NCBI GenBank assembly: GCA_964636785.1
Contig: CAZWVK010000002.1
Coordinates: forward strand, 3,347-67,346
DNA length: 64,000 bases
Direction: 5' to 3'
DNA from: an uncultured Pseudobdellovibrionaceae bacterium
Lineage (GTDB): Bacteria > Bdellovibrionota > Bdellovibrionia > Bdellovibrionales > UBA1609
Under the pieces are notes generated by a model. The model worked only from the letters and a program-made list of their open reading frames with translations. It was not told where the DNA came from and ran no database searches. Both the position numbers and the translations under genes were made by a program. Shown piece by piece: positions 56,013-64,000 of this stretch. Positions within the stretch are counted from its first letter, which is position 1, and every line of letters starts with the position of its first letter.

Positions 56013-57808
56013 TAGAGATTTTCTCTCAATTTCGCCTTTTGTTCCAAATCGATTCTTAAATACTTAGTATCGCCATTCAAAATAGCATGTGTTTTAAAAT
56101 TCTTCAGCCAGCCATGATAGGGGACGTAACCCTTTCGATGAATGCTCGTGATCCAAGGAAGCTCCTCAACAAAAATCTTCTTCATCTCTGTATAGAGCTT
56201 GGTTCTCTCAGGACCAGGTGGGAGCCTTAGGGCTTTTTCATAAAGTTCATCAAATTTCTTATTTTTGAAATTGGATCCGTTCGGACCAGGACTTTCATTT
56301 GGACCATAAAGAAGTTGAAGAAAGTTCTCCGCATCCGGATAGTCGGCCGACCACGCAATACCCCACATCTGAGCTCTTTTATCACGAATCTTATCTGTGA
56401 ATTGCGGCCAAGATGTTGCGCTGATCTTTAAATTGATTCCAATAGCAGCAAGATTTTGTTGAACATACTCGGCCATTTGACGTGCAGTTGTGGAGTTGGT
56501 TGTCGAGTATTCGATTGTTGGAAGACCCTTACCACCTGGGTATCCTGCTTTTTCCAAATAGGATTTTGCAGCATCCAGATCGAATTTTTTGTAAGGATTT
56601 ACAAAGTCTTTTGAGTAGCCATCAATGCCTGGTGGAATTAGGCTATGAGCGGTAATTCCGCGACCGTTATAGAATTTTTCTAAAAGAGTGTCGGTATCCA
56701 TCGCATGTGAAATGGCTTTACGCAAATTTAAATTTTTACCGAGGACGGGATCCAGCATATTGAATGCTGTGTAGGTGACGTCTGGCTCCTCACTGATATT
56801 GAGCTTCATTCCTTTTTTAGTAAACTCTTCGGCCAAAGCGTCGCCTTTTACAGAGGAATCAAAGTTATCTTTAGGGATTCCAGTAAAATCCAGATCACCT
56901 CTTAAGAAATTTAGCCAACGAGGTTGGTCTTCAATGATTTCATGAAAAACCACCTTATCAACAAACGGCAGATCTTTTCCGGCGTCTTCAAGAAGACCAT
57001 TCTCTTCGTCACCAGCTTCACCTTCGGTTGGATATTTTCCGCCATGCCATGCTGGATTCTTAACAAGAACGACTTTGCTGTTTCTGGTCCAGGACTCGAG
57101 CTTATAAGGGCCTGTTCCGACGGGATGGTTAAGGAATTCCTTGTCATACTTTTCGACAGCTTCTCTCGCCACTGGAGCTGAGTAAGGCATCGCTAAAACA
57201 TAATGAAGTTGGAAATAGGGTCCGGTTAGCTTCACGACCAGTGTTTCATCATCGGGAGCTTGAAGACCTTCAACTGGAGTGTCGTAATCCACTTCGCCTT
57301 TTCCGACTTTCTCTCTCCATTCATTAAGACCTTTGATCTTTCCATCAAAGATCCAAAAGCCATCGCTGGCGTTTCTTGGATCAGCAAGGCGCTTCCAAGC
57401 ATAAATAAAATCCGCTGCTTTTAATTCGCGACCTTTTCCTTCTGGAAAGGCCTCGTCATCATGAAAGCGAACTCCCTTTTTAATTTTAAAGGTGTGAGTC
57501 AGTCCATCTTTGGAAACCGTCGGCATCTCTCGCGCCAGCAAAGGCTCAAGTTCTAAAGGGCGCTTTAAATAATGATATTGAAGAAGTGTTTCATACATAT
57601 TTGAAATCACTTGGTTGCTGTAAAGATCAGAAGCAAAAATCGGGTCCATACCTTTAAGATTTGCTGTGAGAGCGCGATTGAGGGAGTTCTCATTTCCAGA
57701 AGATTTTTTTGTGCATCCAGAAAGTCCAATAACAGCAAACAAAGCTGCAAAGAGAAGTGAGAAAAGAGCACGGTTTTTCGATACTTGGGTTGAAGCAGCA
57801 ATATTCAT
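56012..57808 (-). CDS. ABC peptide substrate-binding lipoprotein (family 5)
   Basis: ATG 57808 preceded by GGAGG. Lipobox FAVIGLSGC. Operon with two permeases and the fused ATPase. Track start is 57877. Confidence 0.88.
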   Translation of the reverse strand: MNIAASTQVSKNRALFSLLFAALFAVIGLSGCTKKSSGNENSLNRALTANLKGMDPIFASDLYSNQVISNMYETLLQYHYLKRPLELEPLLAREMPTVSKDGLTHTFKIKKGVRFHDDEAFPEGKGRELKAADFIYAWKRLADPRNASDGFWIFDGKIKGLNEWREKVGKGEVDYDTPVEGLQAPDDETLVVKLTGPYFQLHYVLAMPYSAPVAREAVEKYDKEFLNHPVGTGPYKLESWTRNSKVVLVKNPAWHGGKYPTEGEAGDEENGLLEDAGKDLPFVDKVVFHEIIEDQPRWLNFLRGDLDFTGIPKDNFDSSVKGDALAEEFTKKGMKLNISEEPDVTYTAFNMLDPVLGKNLNLRKAISHAMDTDTLLEKFYNGRGITAHSLIPPGIDGYSKDFVNPYKKFDLDAAKSYLEKAGYPGGKGLPTIEYSTTNSTTARQMAEYVQQNLAAIGINLKISATSWPQFTDKIRDKRAQMWGIAWSADYPDAENFLQLLYGPNESPGPNGSNFKNKKFDELYEKALRLPPGPERTKLYTEMKKIFVEELPWITSIHRKGYVPYHGWLKNFKTHAILNGDTKYLRIDLEQKAKLRENL

Positions 57809-57869
57809 GAAGGTCCTCCAAAAGATAGAATGTTGTGTAGCGTTAAGGGCGGGGGCTGTCAATGATTGC

Positions 57870-58544
57870 TCACTCAAGGCCGCTTCGCAAAACAGTTAAT
57901 AAATCCTTAAAATCATCAATATGGTTATGCGCTCCTAAGGCTAATAATTGCTGAATTGGCGTGTAGCCAAAGCTAACAGCAATAGAGAAGCTACCAGCCG
58001 CATGTGCGCCCTCAATATCGGGTGTTCCATCTCCCACAATAACGGCCTCGGATGGATGTACTTGCGCAGCATCTATGGCCAAAAGCAGCGGCGCTTTATC
58101 GGGCTTCATCGTCGGAAGAGTGTCACCTCCGATAATTTTCACCCATGGCAGCTGATCCAATTGCAATTTTTTTAAGATGGGATGAATGAGATCTTCTCGC
58201 TTATTGGAAACAATGGCGATTTTGTACTCACCTTGAACACTTTGAGAAAATAAAAAATCTTTCGCACCTGGAAATAATTGAGGCGAGTTCAAAAAAACAG
58301 AGCGATATATTTCAAGAAACTCGTTTGTCAGTTGGAGTTCTTTCTCAAGGCTCTCACGAGCCTCTGGAAAAAAATCGAATAAAAGATTTTTAAGGCCGGT
58401 GCCAATGTCCTGTCGAATCACTTCAGGAGCAAGGGGTGGGTGACCATATTTGAGCAACAACTGATTGGTCGCTAAAACGAGATCGGAAGCGGTGTCGACA
58501 AGAGTGCCGTCAAAATCGAACATCACGAGCTTAATTTTGTTCAC
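57870..58544 (-). CDS. HAD-family phosphatase (phosphoglycolate-phosphatase-like)
   Basis: HAD motif I VMFDFDGTLVDT, motif II IVSNK, motif IV VGDGTPDIEGA. Confidence 0.8.
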   Translation of the reverse strand: MNKIKLVMFDFDGTLVDTASDLVLATNQLLLKYGHPPLAPEVIRQDIGTGLKNLLFDFFPEARESLEKELQLTNEFLEIYRSVFLNSPQLFPGAKDFLFSQSVQGEYKIAIVSNKREDLIHPILKKLQLDQLPWVKIIGGDTLPTMKPDKAPLLLAIDAAQVHPSEAVIVGDGTPDIEGAHAAGSFSIAVSFGYTPIQQLLALGAHNHIDDFKDLLTVLRSGLE

Positions 58545-58597
58545 GAACGAAACTTTAATCGATACAACGCGGAAGTCACTTTTTTTCTGGAGTAATT

Positions 58598-59248
58598 ATG
58601 AGATACGAAACGCCTGAATCGAAATACATGGCCAAATACTTCACCGTCAGCGATCCACTTCTTGAACAGCTGAAAAGCAGATTACAGAATGAAGATTTGG
58701 ACTTCATGTCTGTTTCACCGGTTGAGGCGCGATATCTTCAGTTTTTCGTAAGTTCATTTCAGGTGAAGACGATTGTTGAGATCGGAAGTTTGATTGGGTA
58801 TTCAGCGCTCGCAATGGCAATGAAGCTTCCTGCAGACGGAAAGATCTATTGCTTTGAAAAAGAAAAAGCTCGCGCACAGCAGATCTCACAAAACTTTGCG
58901 ATGGCGGCACTCAAATGCAGTCACGAGGTTTTTTCTGGGGAGGCATTGCCTGCATTGAACGGAATTGAGGAAGACGGCCCTTTTGATTTGGTCTTTATTG
59001 ATGCAAATAAAAATGGATATCTCGAATATTTGGATTGGGCGGAAGCCAATACGAAATCGGGTTCCATCATAATCGGCGATAATACGTTTTTATTTGGAGC
59101 CTTGTGGGGGGACTCTCGCTCTCAGAATGTGAGCGAGAAACAAATAAATACAATGAATCAGTTCAATGAGCGAATCGCTGATTCGAGGAAATATGATTCA
59201 ATTATGATTCCTACTCTCGAGGGAATGACAATCGGGCGGCGAATCTAA
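58598..59248 (+). CDS. Class I SAM-dependent O-methyltransferase (caffeoyl-CoA OMT / YrrM-like)
   Basis: VEIGSLIGYSA SAM motif, and FIDANKNGYLEY typical of cation-dependent OMTs. Confidence 0.8.
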   Translation: MRYETPESKYMAKYFTVSDPLLEQLKSRLQNEDLDFMSVSPVEARYLQFFVSSFQVKTIVEIGSLIGYSALAMAMKLPADGKIYCFEKEKARAQQISQNFAMAALKCSHEVFSGEALPALNGIEEDGPFDLVFIDANKNGYLEYLDWAEANTKSGSIIIGDNTFLFGALWGDSRSQNVSEKQINTMNQFNERIADSRKYDSIMIPTLEGMTIGRRI

Positions 59249-59252
59249 AGAA

Positions 59253-59729
59253 TTATTTCACAAGATCAATGATGGAATATCCATCTTCTCTGAGATCGAC
59301 GATTTCATCGATTCGCTCAAGAGTGGAATTGAGTCCAATGCGATCCAGATCCGCTCTTAGACAAGCTTCAAAATCTTCCACATAAGGATTGGGATGAAGC
59401 TCATCTGACACCACGGAATCCCACGTGAACTGTGAGTTTTTAAGATCTTCCTGAAGCTGTTTTGGATTCTGCACGGAAACTTGTGAGATCACCTTAGCAA
59501 CTTTAAAAACCACCTTAGGATCCGTGACGATGATCTTATTAAAATGAAGTGGAAGCTTATCCTGTTGGGAATAAGGTCTTAAAATAACAGCATAGGCATT
59601 GATTCGGCCGCTGAATTCACGAAATGAAAGCTGAGAAAGCTCGCCACAAAATGAAGTTGTAACCGCGGCGTGAACGAAGTTCGTCGAAAAAGTTAGGGTC
59701 GCCGCTGTAAGTATTAATAAATTTTTCAT
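59253..59729 (-). CDS. Hypothetical small secreted protein
   Basis: Signal peptide MKNLLILTAATLTFSTNFVHA. I recognise no family. Confidence 0.45.
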   Translation of the reverse strand: MKNLLILTAATLTFSTNFVHAAVTTSFCGELSQLSFREFSGRINAYAVILRPYSQQDKLPLHFNKIIVTDPKVVFKVAKVISQVSVQNPKQLQEDLKNSQFTWDSVVSDELHPNPYVEDFEACLRADLDRIGLNSTLERIDEIVDLREDGYSIIDLVK

Positions 59730-59759
59730 GATGTCCCCCGTAGAAAGACGGGATTAGCC

Positions 59760-60557
59760 TTATCTTTTGAAAGTTTCAAGAAAAGAGCTGTGATTTTGCA
59801 AAAAGGTAAGAACTACCGACTGATAACGTGACGCATCAGTCTTGATGGCGTCGAGGTGATTGGAGTGAGCAAAAGTCTCGCTCTCGACTCTTAAGCTGTT
59901 GGGAAGGCTAAAGAAATCGGAAACGGCGTGAGCTGGAACAAGACGATCCTGGCCCGCCCGCAAACTGAGTGTTGGAACCTGCCTATTATTTATGCGTAGC
60001 CATCGTCTCATCCGAGTGCGGTAGAAAACGCCGCCAAAGAATAAGAAACCAAATGTATTAAAGAAAAGAATAGAAAAGAAATTGGACCGTTTGGCCTCGT
60101 ATTTTGAATAGTTCCAGAAGCACTGCCACACTTTTAAAAACGGCCCGCAATCACAAACCCAGGCCTGAATGTCTTGTCTTTTTTTGGGTCCAAGACATCC
60201 GACCACAGCTGTCGAAGGGGAAGATAACGAATAGATGATTTTCGGACCAGGGATCTGATTCAGAATCTCATTCAGTTCATCCGTCCAAATTGAAATAAAA
60301 CTCCTTGGGACTTTGAGATAATTTTTAAATAGCCGGAGTAGGCGCTGATTCGGAGAGTGAGTGGCCTTTGATGAGTTGTAGTGAAGGTTAAATATGACAC
60401 AGTCATAGCCCGCAGCAAGGACCATCTCCTGATGCCGTCGAGTGCTTCGTTTTTGTCCACCAAAGTGATGGACGAAAACTATCACTTCATTAAATCGCTT
60501 TGAAGGGGCCTTTCGGTATTCCCCTTCATAAGGCAGGTTTTCAAATTTCTCACTCAT
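59760..60557 (-). CDS. Alpha/beta-hydrolase-like protein with an atypical nucleophile elbow
   Basis: VIVFVHHFGG (oxyanion-like), IYSLSSPS where GxSxG would be expected, and a distal HSNHLD. ATGA-type 4-nt overlap with the upstream E1-like gene. Confidence 0.45.
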   Translation of the reverse strand: MSEKFENLPYEGEYRKAPSKRFNEVIVFVHHFGGQKRSTRRHQEMVLAAGYDCVIFNLHYNSSKATHSPNQRLLRLFKNYLKVPRSFISIWTDELNEILNQIPGPKIIYSLSSPSTAVVGCLGPKKRQDIQAWVCDCGPFLKVWQCFWNYSKYEAKRSNFFSILFFNTFGFLFFGGVFYRTRMRRWLRINNRQVPTLSLRAGQDRLVPAHAVSDFFSLPNSLRVESETFAHSNHLDAIKTDASRYQSVVLTFLQNHSSFLETFKR

Positions 60558-63337
60558 CTATAGGAAGAATGTGAACTGGTAAAACGAGTTTCACGAGTCA
60601 CGTCCTGATCTTCAAGAACCTTTCGTGAAACCTGCAAAGTTTCAAGAGCAGTTTCATTTAGAACTTTTAAGCAGGCCTCTTTGACCGATTGATGATCAAT
60701 TCCATGATAGGCGTAAATATCCGAAGGGCGTCCGGACTTACTATGCTTTCTCACGCCAAGAGCCTCTTGCTTGGCTCCAACAATTGAACCCAGGTTATCC
60801 AAAATTCCAATCTCACCATCGTGGACACTCACCATTGGAATGCGGCGGCCCGCAACAGTTTTAAGCTCCGCAGAATGTAAGTTTCCATTCAGTTGCGGTT
60901 GCAAGTAAAGAGTTGCATCGATACCTAGATTCTGGCGCAAGTGTTGATAGTCATTCAGATGAGCTAGATTTCCGCTGAGTAAATCTGGAGAGGTGACAAC
61001 AATCACATTCGCGTAAATGCCTTCTTTGAGAAGCTCATTCGATGCTTTGATGGCCTCAGTCGTAGGTGAACCCATTGAGAAAATATTTACGACGTTATCG
61101 CCGGGCTCATAGCCTTTGTAACCACGATAATCGATCAAATAGTAAGCTCCATCGAGAACATCTTTTCGTACACTCGCGAGAATTTCTTCTTCAGAAATCG
61201 CCTCAACGTCATCGCAGTTTGTGGCGCCACTCAACTCGAATTCTGGCGGATGAAGGCTTATGCTTTCAGTTTTGAATCTCAATTGACGCTTGAGGTACTT
61301 CATAAAGTCCTTTTGATCCGCTCCACGAGTCACTCCACGAATGATGACACCTGAGCGTCCCTCGTTGTCGTAGGTCAAATGACGACGAATCGACTCAACA
61401 AGAATCCAATCCAACTCCTGACAGAAGAATGGCTCCCAGGTGATTTGATTTGGAATCTGGATATCCGATTTCCAGCCGTGTTGTGCTCCTTCTGGCGCAA
61501 GCGTCACACCAGATGGGGTTCCGACCAAAATAAAGGATGATTTCCAATAAAGATTGTAAAAAAGTTGATCGAGTGCGCGCTTAATAAAAAAGTCATACAC
61601 GGTCATCAAGGGAATTAGCGGGATTCCCAGAAGATCTCTCATTTGTCCGAAAGAGCCTTTGCAAGACATCGTATTGGCTTCCGTGATTTCAAAGCGAAGG
61701 AATCGATCTGTGATTTCTTCTCCAGGAACCAAGTCCGGTTGTTTTTTGTCTTTAACGCCAAACTCAGTTTCCTCATCTTTAACTTCAATTGCGGAAAAGA
61801 TTTTTCCGTCCATTGTCGGATTGAGGTTTGTGCTTGTTCCTACATCCGGAGCCATGGCGACAATCATTTCACCAGCTTGTTTGAATGCTCGTTCAGAGTC
61901 TTTGAGAGCCTTCATTCCTTTTTCAAGCTTATTTTCATCTAGCGGCGTATTGGCAATTCGAGTCAGCTTGGAAGTCAGCTGGCCGAGCATCCATTGAGTG
62001 TGCGGGTAATTGGCCATCTTAAAATTAATATCCAAAGACTCCGGCATTTCGCCAAGCTCATTGAGTTGGTCTAAAAACTTCTTTTTATTTCTTTCTTTCA
62101 ATTCATGCTGAGCCAATATGTCCTTGTATAACTTGGCCCCGCGCTCCTTAAGAAATTTTCCCTCTTTGCTGGACTCATCAAACCGCGCAAAAGGAACATC
62201 TCCTTTAAGGCCGATGGATTTGGCCAAAAGATCAATTTCCTCTCCATCAGGAAGTGCCGAGTGGTTTCCTGGAGTGGCTGCCATATCAAGGCCCCATCCT
62301 TTCAATGTATGGGCAATAATGATGGTTGGTTTGTCTGTGACTCGCTTGGATTCTTCCAAAGCTTCAATAAGGACTTCAAAGTCATGTCCACCAAAGTCAC
62401 GAATAGCTTGAATCAAATCATCATCTTTTACGGATTTTAGGAATCCAGATAGGTTTTTATCCTTTGATAAAATAAATTCTTTTGCGGCTTTTGGATCACG
62501 CAATTGCAAAAGTACCTGAAGGTCATAGTCATCCAGTTTTTCATCGAAAAGGGCTTTGAACTTATCGCCGTCTTTTCCTGCAAAAAGTTTTTCACGCAGT
62601 TTTCCATGCTTTGCTTGAATGACGTGCCAACCATTCGCAGCCATGCTTCGTTCAATTCTTATATCATCCGTTCCGGCCATAATTTTTCGATTCGAAATTC
62701 GGTGGCCATCTAGACTTTGACGGTTGTAATCAATAATCCAAGTGAGATTGCCAAGCTGTCTTTCTGCAAACTCGGGAATGGCTTCGTGAAGGCTTCCTTC
62801 GCGAAATTCGGAATCACCCAAGATGGACCAAAAATGAGCGTCGGGCACCTCGTGGCCATGTTTCTTTGCGTAAGTGTAAGCCAGTGCTAAATATCCGGCA
62901 TTTACGGGTGGAATTCCAACTGTTCCAGATGGGAAAAAGTTATGGAAATCAGGATCAAATGCGGAGTGATAGCTTTGAAAAACAGGTTCACCATTTTGCG
63001 AGAAGGATCGAAGATTCGACATCGCGGTATTTGCTTCTTCTAATGTGAACTTTGATTGATCCTTGTGAAGTAGAAGATCAAGCAGATAGTTATAAGAGTG
63101 ATCTGCAGGTGAGGCATGCGGTTTATTGGCGATATGATCAAATCCGGATTTCACAACAAGATGAAGGGCACCAAGGATGTGTAAAGCGCTCGCGCTCGCA
63201 GAAACATGGCCACCCACTTTTGGATCACCTTTTTCAACATTATCGCGATGGTTGGCCATATAGATCATACGTGTCGCAAGATAATGGGCTCGCTTGGCGA
63301 TGGACTGTAGAGTTTGAACGTCAAATTTTTTTGCCAT
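60554..63337 (-). CDS. AceE-like (homodimeric-type 2-oxoacid dehydrogenase E1 / ThDP-dependent) enzyme lacking the N-terminal E2-binding segment
   Basis: GGHVSASASA (compare AceE GGHMASFQSSA). ThDP motif ILGDSEFREGSLHEAI...NLTWIIDYNRQSLDG (compare GDGEMDEPES...NLVFVINCNLQRLDG). IIAHTLKGWG. 927 aa. Confidence 0.75.
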   Translation of the reverse strand: MAKKFDVQTLQSIAKRAHYLATRMIYMANHRDNVEKGDPKVGGHVSASASALHILGALHLVVKSGFDHIANKPHASPADHSYNYLLDLLLHKDQSKFTLEEANTAMSNLRSFSQNGEPVFQSYHSAFDPDFHNFFPSGTVGIPPVNAGYLALAYTYAKKHGHEVPDAHFWSILGDSEFREGSLHEAIPEFAERQLGNLTWIIDYNRQSLDGHRISNRKIMAGTDDIRIERSMAANGWHVIQAKHGKLREKLFAGKDGDKFKALFDEKLDDYDLQVLLQLRDPKAAKEFILSKDKNLSGFLKSVKDDDLIQAIRDFGGHDFEVLIEALEESKRVTDKPTIIIAHTLKGWGLDMAATPGNHSALPDGEEIDLLAKSIGLKGDVPFARFDESSKEGKFLKERGAKLYKDILAQHELKERNKKKFLDQLNELGEMPESLDINFKMANYPHTQWMLGQLTSKLTRIANTPLDENKLEKGMKALKDSERAFKQAGEMIVAMAPDVGTSTNLNPTMDGKIFSAIEVKDEETEFGVKDKKQPDLVPGEEITDRFLRFEITEANTMSCKGSFGQMRDLLGIPLIPLMTVYDFFIKRALDQLFYNLYWKSSFILVGTPSGVTLAPEGAQHGWKSDIQIPNQITWEPFFCQELDWILVESIRRHLTYDNEGRSGVIIRGVTRGADQKDFMKYLKRQLRFKTESISLHPPEFELSGATNCDDVEAISEEEILASVRKDVLDGAYYLIDYRGYKGYEPGDNVVNIFSMGSPTTEAIKASNELLKEGIYANVIVVTSPDLLSGNLAHLNDYQHLRQNLGIDATLYLQPQLNGNLHSAELKTVAGRRIPMVSVHDGEIGILDNLGSIVGAKQEALGVRKHSKSGRPSDIYAYHGIDHQSVKEACLKVLNETALETLQVSRKVLEDQDVTRETRFTSSHSSYR

Positions 63338-63375
63338 AAGAATTCCCCTTAAAAATGATTCACGAGAAGATGAAT

Positions 63376-63933
63376 CTAAAGGCTGTCTCGCTGTGGTGCA
63401 AGGTCTTCCGGTGTAGGAAAGACGGAATGAAAAAAGCTAAGGCGTAAATCGAAAAGAGAGGTCAAATTAGGCTCATTCATGAGCAAATGGCGACCTAATC
63501 TTGTAATAAAGAGTGGAAAACCCCAGTGCCACGGCGCACCTTTTTCATCGGTTAACTGAATAATTGCCTTTTTTGTCGAAAAACCCGTTTTTTGAAAAGC
63601 CTGTTTGAGTGCAATCCAAACTGCTTTTTCCGGACACGGAATTTCTAAAGGAAGTGCAAAGCAGGTTTGAGAAGATGCAAGAACTCCTGCTTTTAAATTC
63701 GTTATCATATTGGAAAGATTGTCATTTGTGTCGAAGACAAGCTCACATTTCCTAAGCTGCTGACTTTTTCGTAAAATTTCATCGGCATCCAATCCAGATA
63801 AAACAACAATTGGATTTAGCCCTAAATTTTGAAGTGCAATCAATTGTTGATCGAAAAAAATGATTCCATTGGATTCTTGAAGAGCTGTTTCTGAAAGATT
63901 GGAGCGATAGCCGGAAAGCAGTAAAACATCCAT
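63376..63933 (-). CDS. Hypothetical protein, possibly a degenerate MobA-like nucleotidyltransferase fold
   Basis: 185-aa ORF. Weak resemblance only (VLLLSGYRS ... IVVLSG). Confidence 0.3.
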   Translation of the reverse strand: MDVLLLSGYRSNLSETALQESNGIIFFDQQLIALQNLGLNPIVVLSGLDADEILRKSQQLRKCELVFDTNDNLSNMITNLKAGVLASSQTCFALPLEIPCPEKAVWIALKQAFQKTGFSTKKAIIQLTDEKGAPWHWGFPLFITRLGRHLLMNEPNLTSLFDLRLSFFHSVFPTPEDLAPQRDSL

Positions 63934-63945
63934 GTTTCTATACCC

Positions 63946-64000
63946 TTAAGCTTCTAGGACAAAGTCCCAGCGAATTTTAATCGTCCCATCACCTTCAATG
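63946..64000 (-). CDS. C-terminal fragment of an unidentified gene entering from the right edge
   Basis: Minus-strand frame reads ...IEGDGTIKIRWDFVLEA then TAA (63948-63946). It ends 12 nt upstream of the ATG at 63933, with AAGGG in between. Too short to classify. Confidence 0.35.
   Translation of the reverse strand, partial: IEGDGTIKIRWDFVLEA

Noticed and set aside
1-64000. Search for CRISPR arrays, tRNA/rRNA genes, IS elements, integrases and prophage or defence-island hallmarks
   Set aside because: I saw no short direct-repeat arrays, T-loop (GGTTCGAATCC-like) sequences, transposase/integrase-like ORFs or obvious compositional islands. The only repeat elements are the hairpin and inverted-repeat structures reported above.

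Overview
Gene-dense bacterial chromosomal window, more than 90% coding and moderately AT-rich by eye. I found no rRNA, tRNA, CRISPR array, transposase or integrase. I call about 58 protein genes. Two are edge-truncated genes missing from the ORF track: an srkA/yihE-like kinase at 1-493 (-) and a C-terminal fragment at 63946-64000 (-). Recognisable blocks: (1) a complete pantothenate/CoA supra-operon (DUF2520 reductase-like, panB, panC, coaBC, coaX, panD). (2) Aromatic amino-acid catabolism genes (hmgA-like, plus a long atypical phenylalanine-hydroxylase-like gene). (3) A six-gene, translationally coupled signalling operon: HAMP-PP2C phosphatase, RsbW-like GHKL protein, STAS protein, a PAS-HPt-HATPase CheA-like kinase without a CheW-like domain, CheY, and a REC-PATAN-degenerate J-TPR protein. 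(4) A peroxiredoxin / eukaryote-type glutathione-synthetase-like ATP-grasp / SelO(YdiU)-like cluster. (5) Polyamine genes (speA, deoxyhypusine-synthase-like, remote agmatinase-like). (6) Two Opp/Yej-type peptide ABC systems, only one with an ATPase gene. (7) Several peptidases (pepN, ptrB, ggt) and a secreted HNH nuclease-like protein. (8) An AceE-like thiamine-diphosphate E1 enzyme coupled to an alpha/beta-hydrolase-like gene, with no E2/E3. The mix of peptidases, nucleases and eukaryote-type enzyme families (cN-II nucleotidase, eu-GS, DHS, SelO) fits a Bdellovibrio-like predatory bacterium, but that is inference only. Only two sizeable non-coding gaps exist. Gap 26103-26594 holds a 22-bp perfect hairpin and a G-rich segment with a repeated GGGGGGACT motif. 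Gap 31856-32239 holds two inverted copies of a roughly 70-nt structured element, one inside 31-bp inverted-repeat arms. Convergent genes repeatedly share overlapping stop codons. The best candidates for something undescribed are the signalling operon (10805-18205) and the Prx/eu-GS-like/SelO cluster (21678-25236). All functional calls rest on motifs I recognised by eye; no database search was run.
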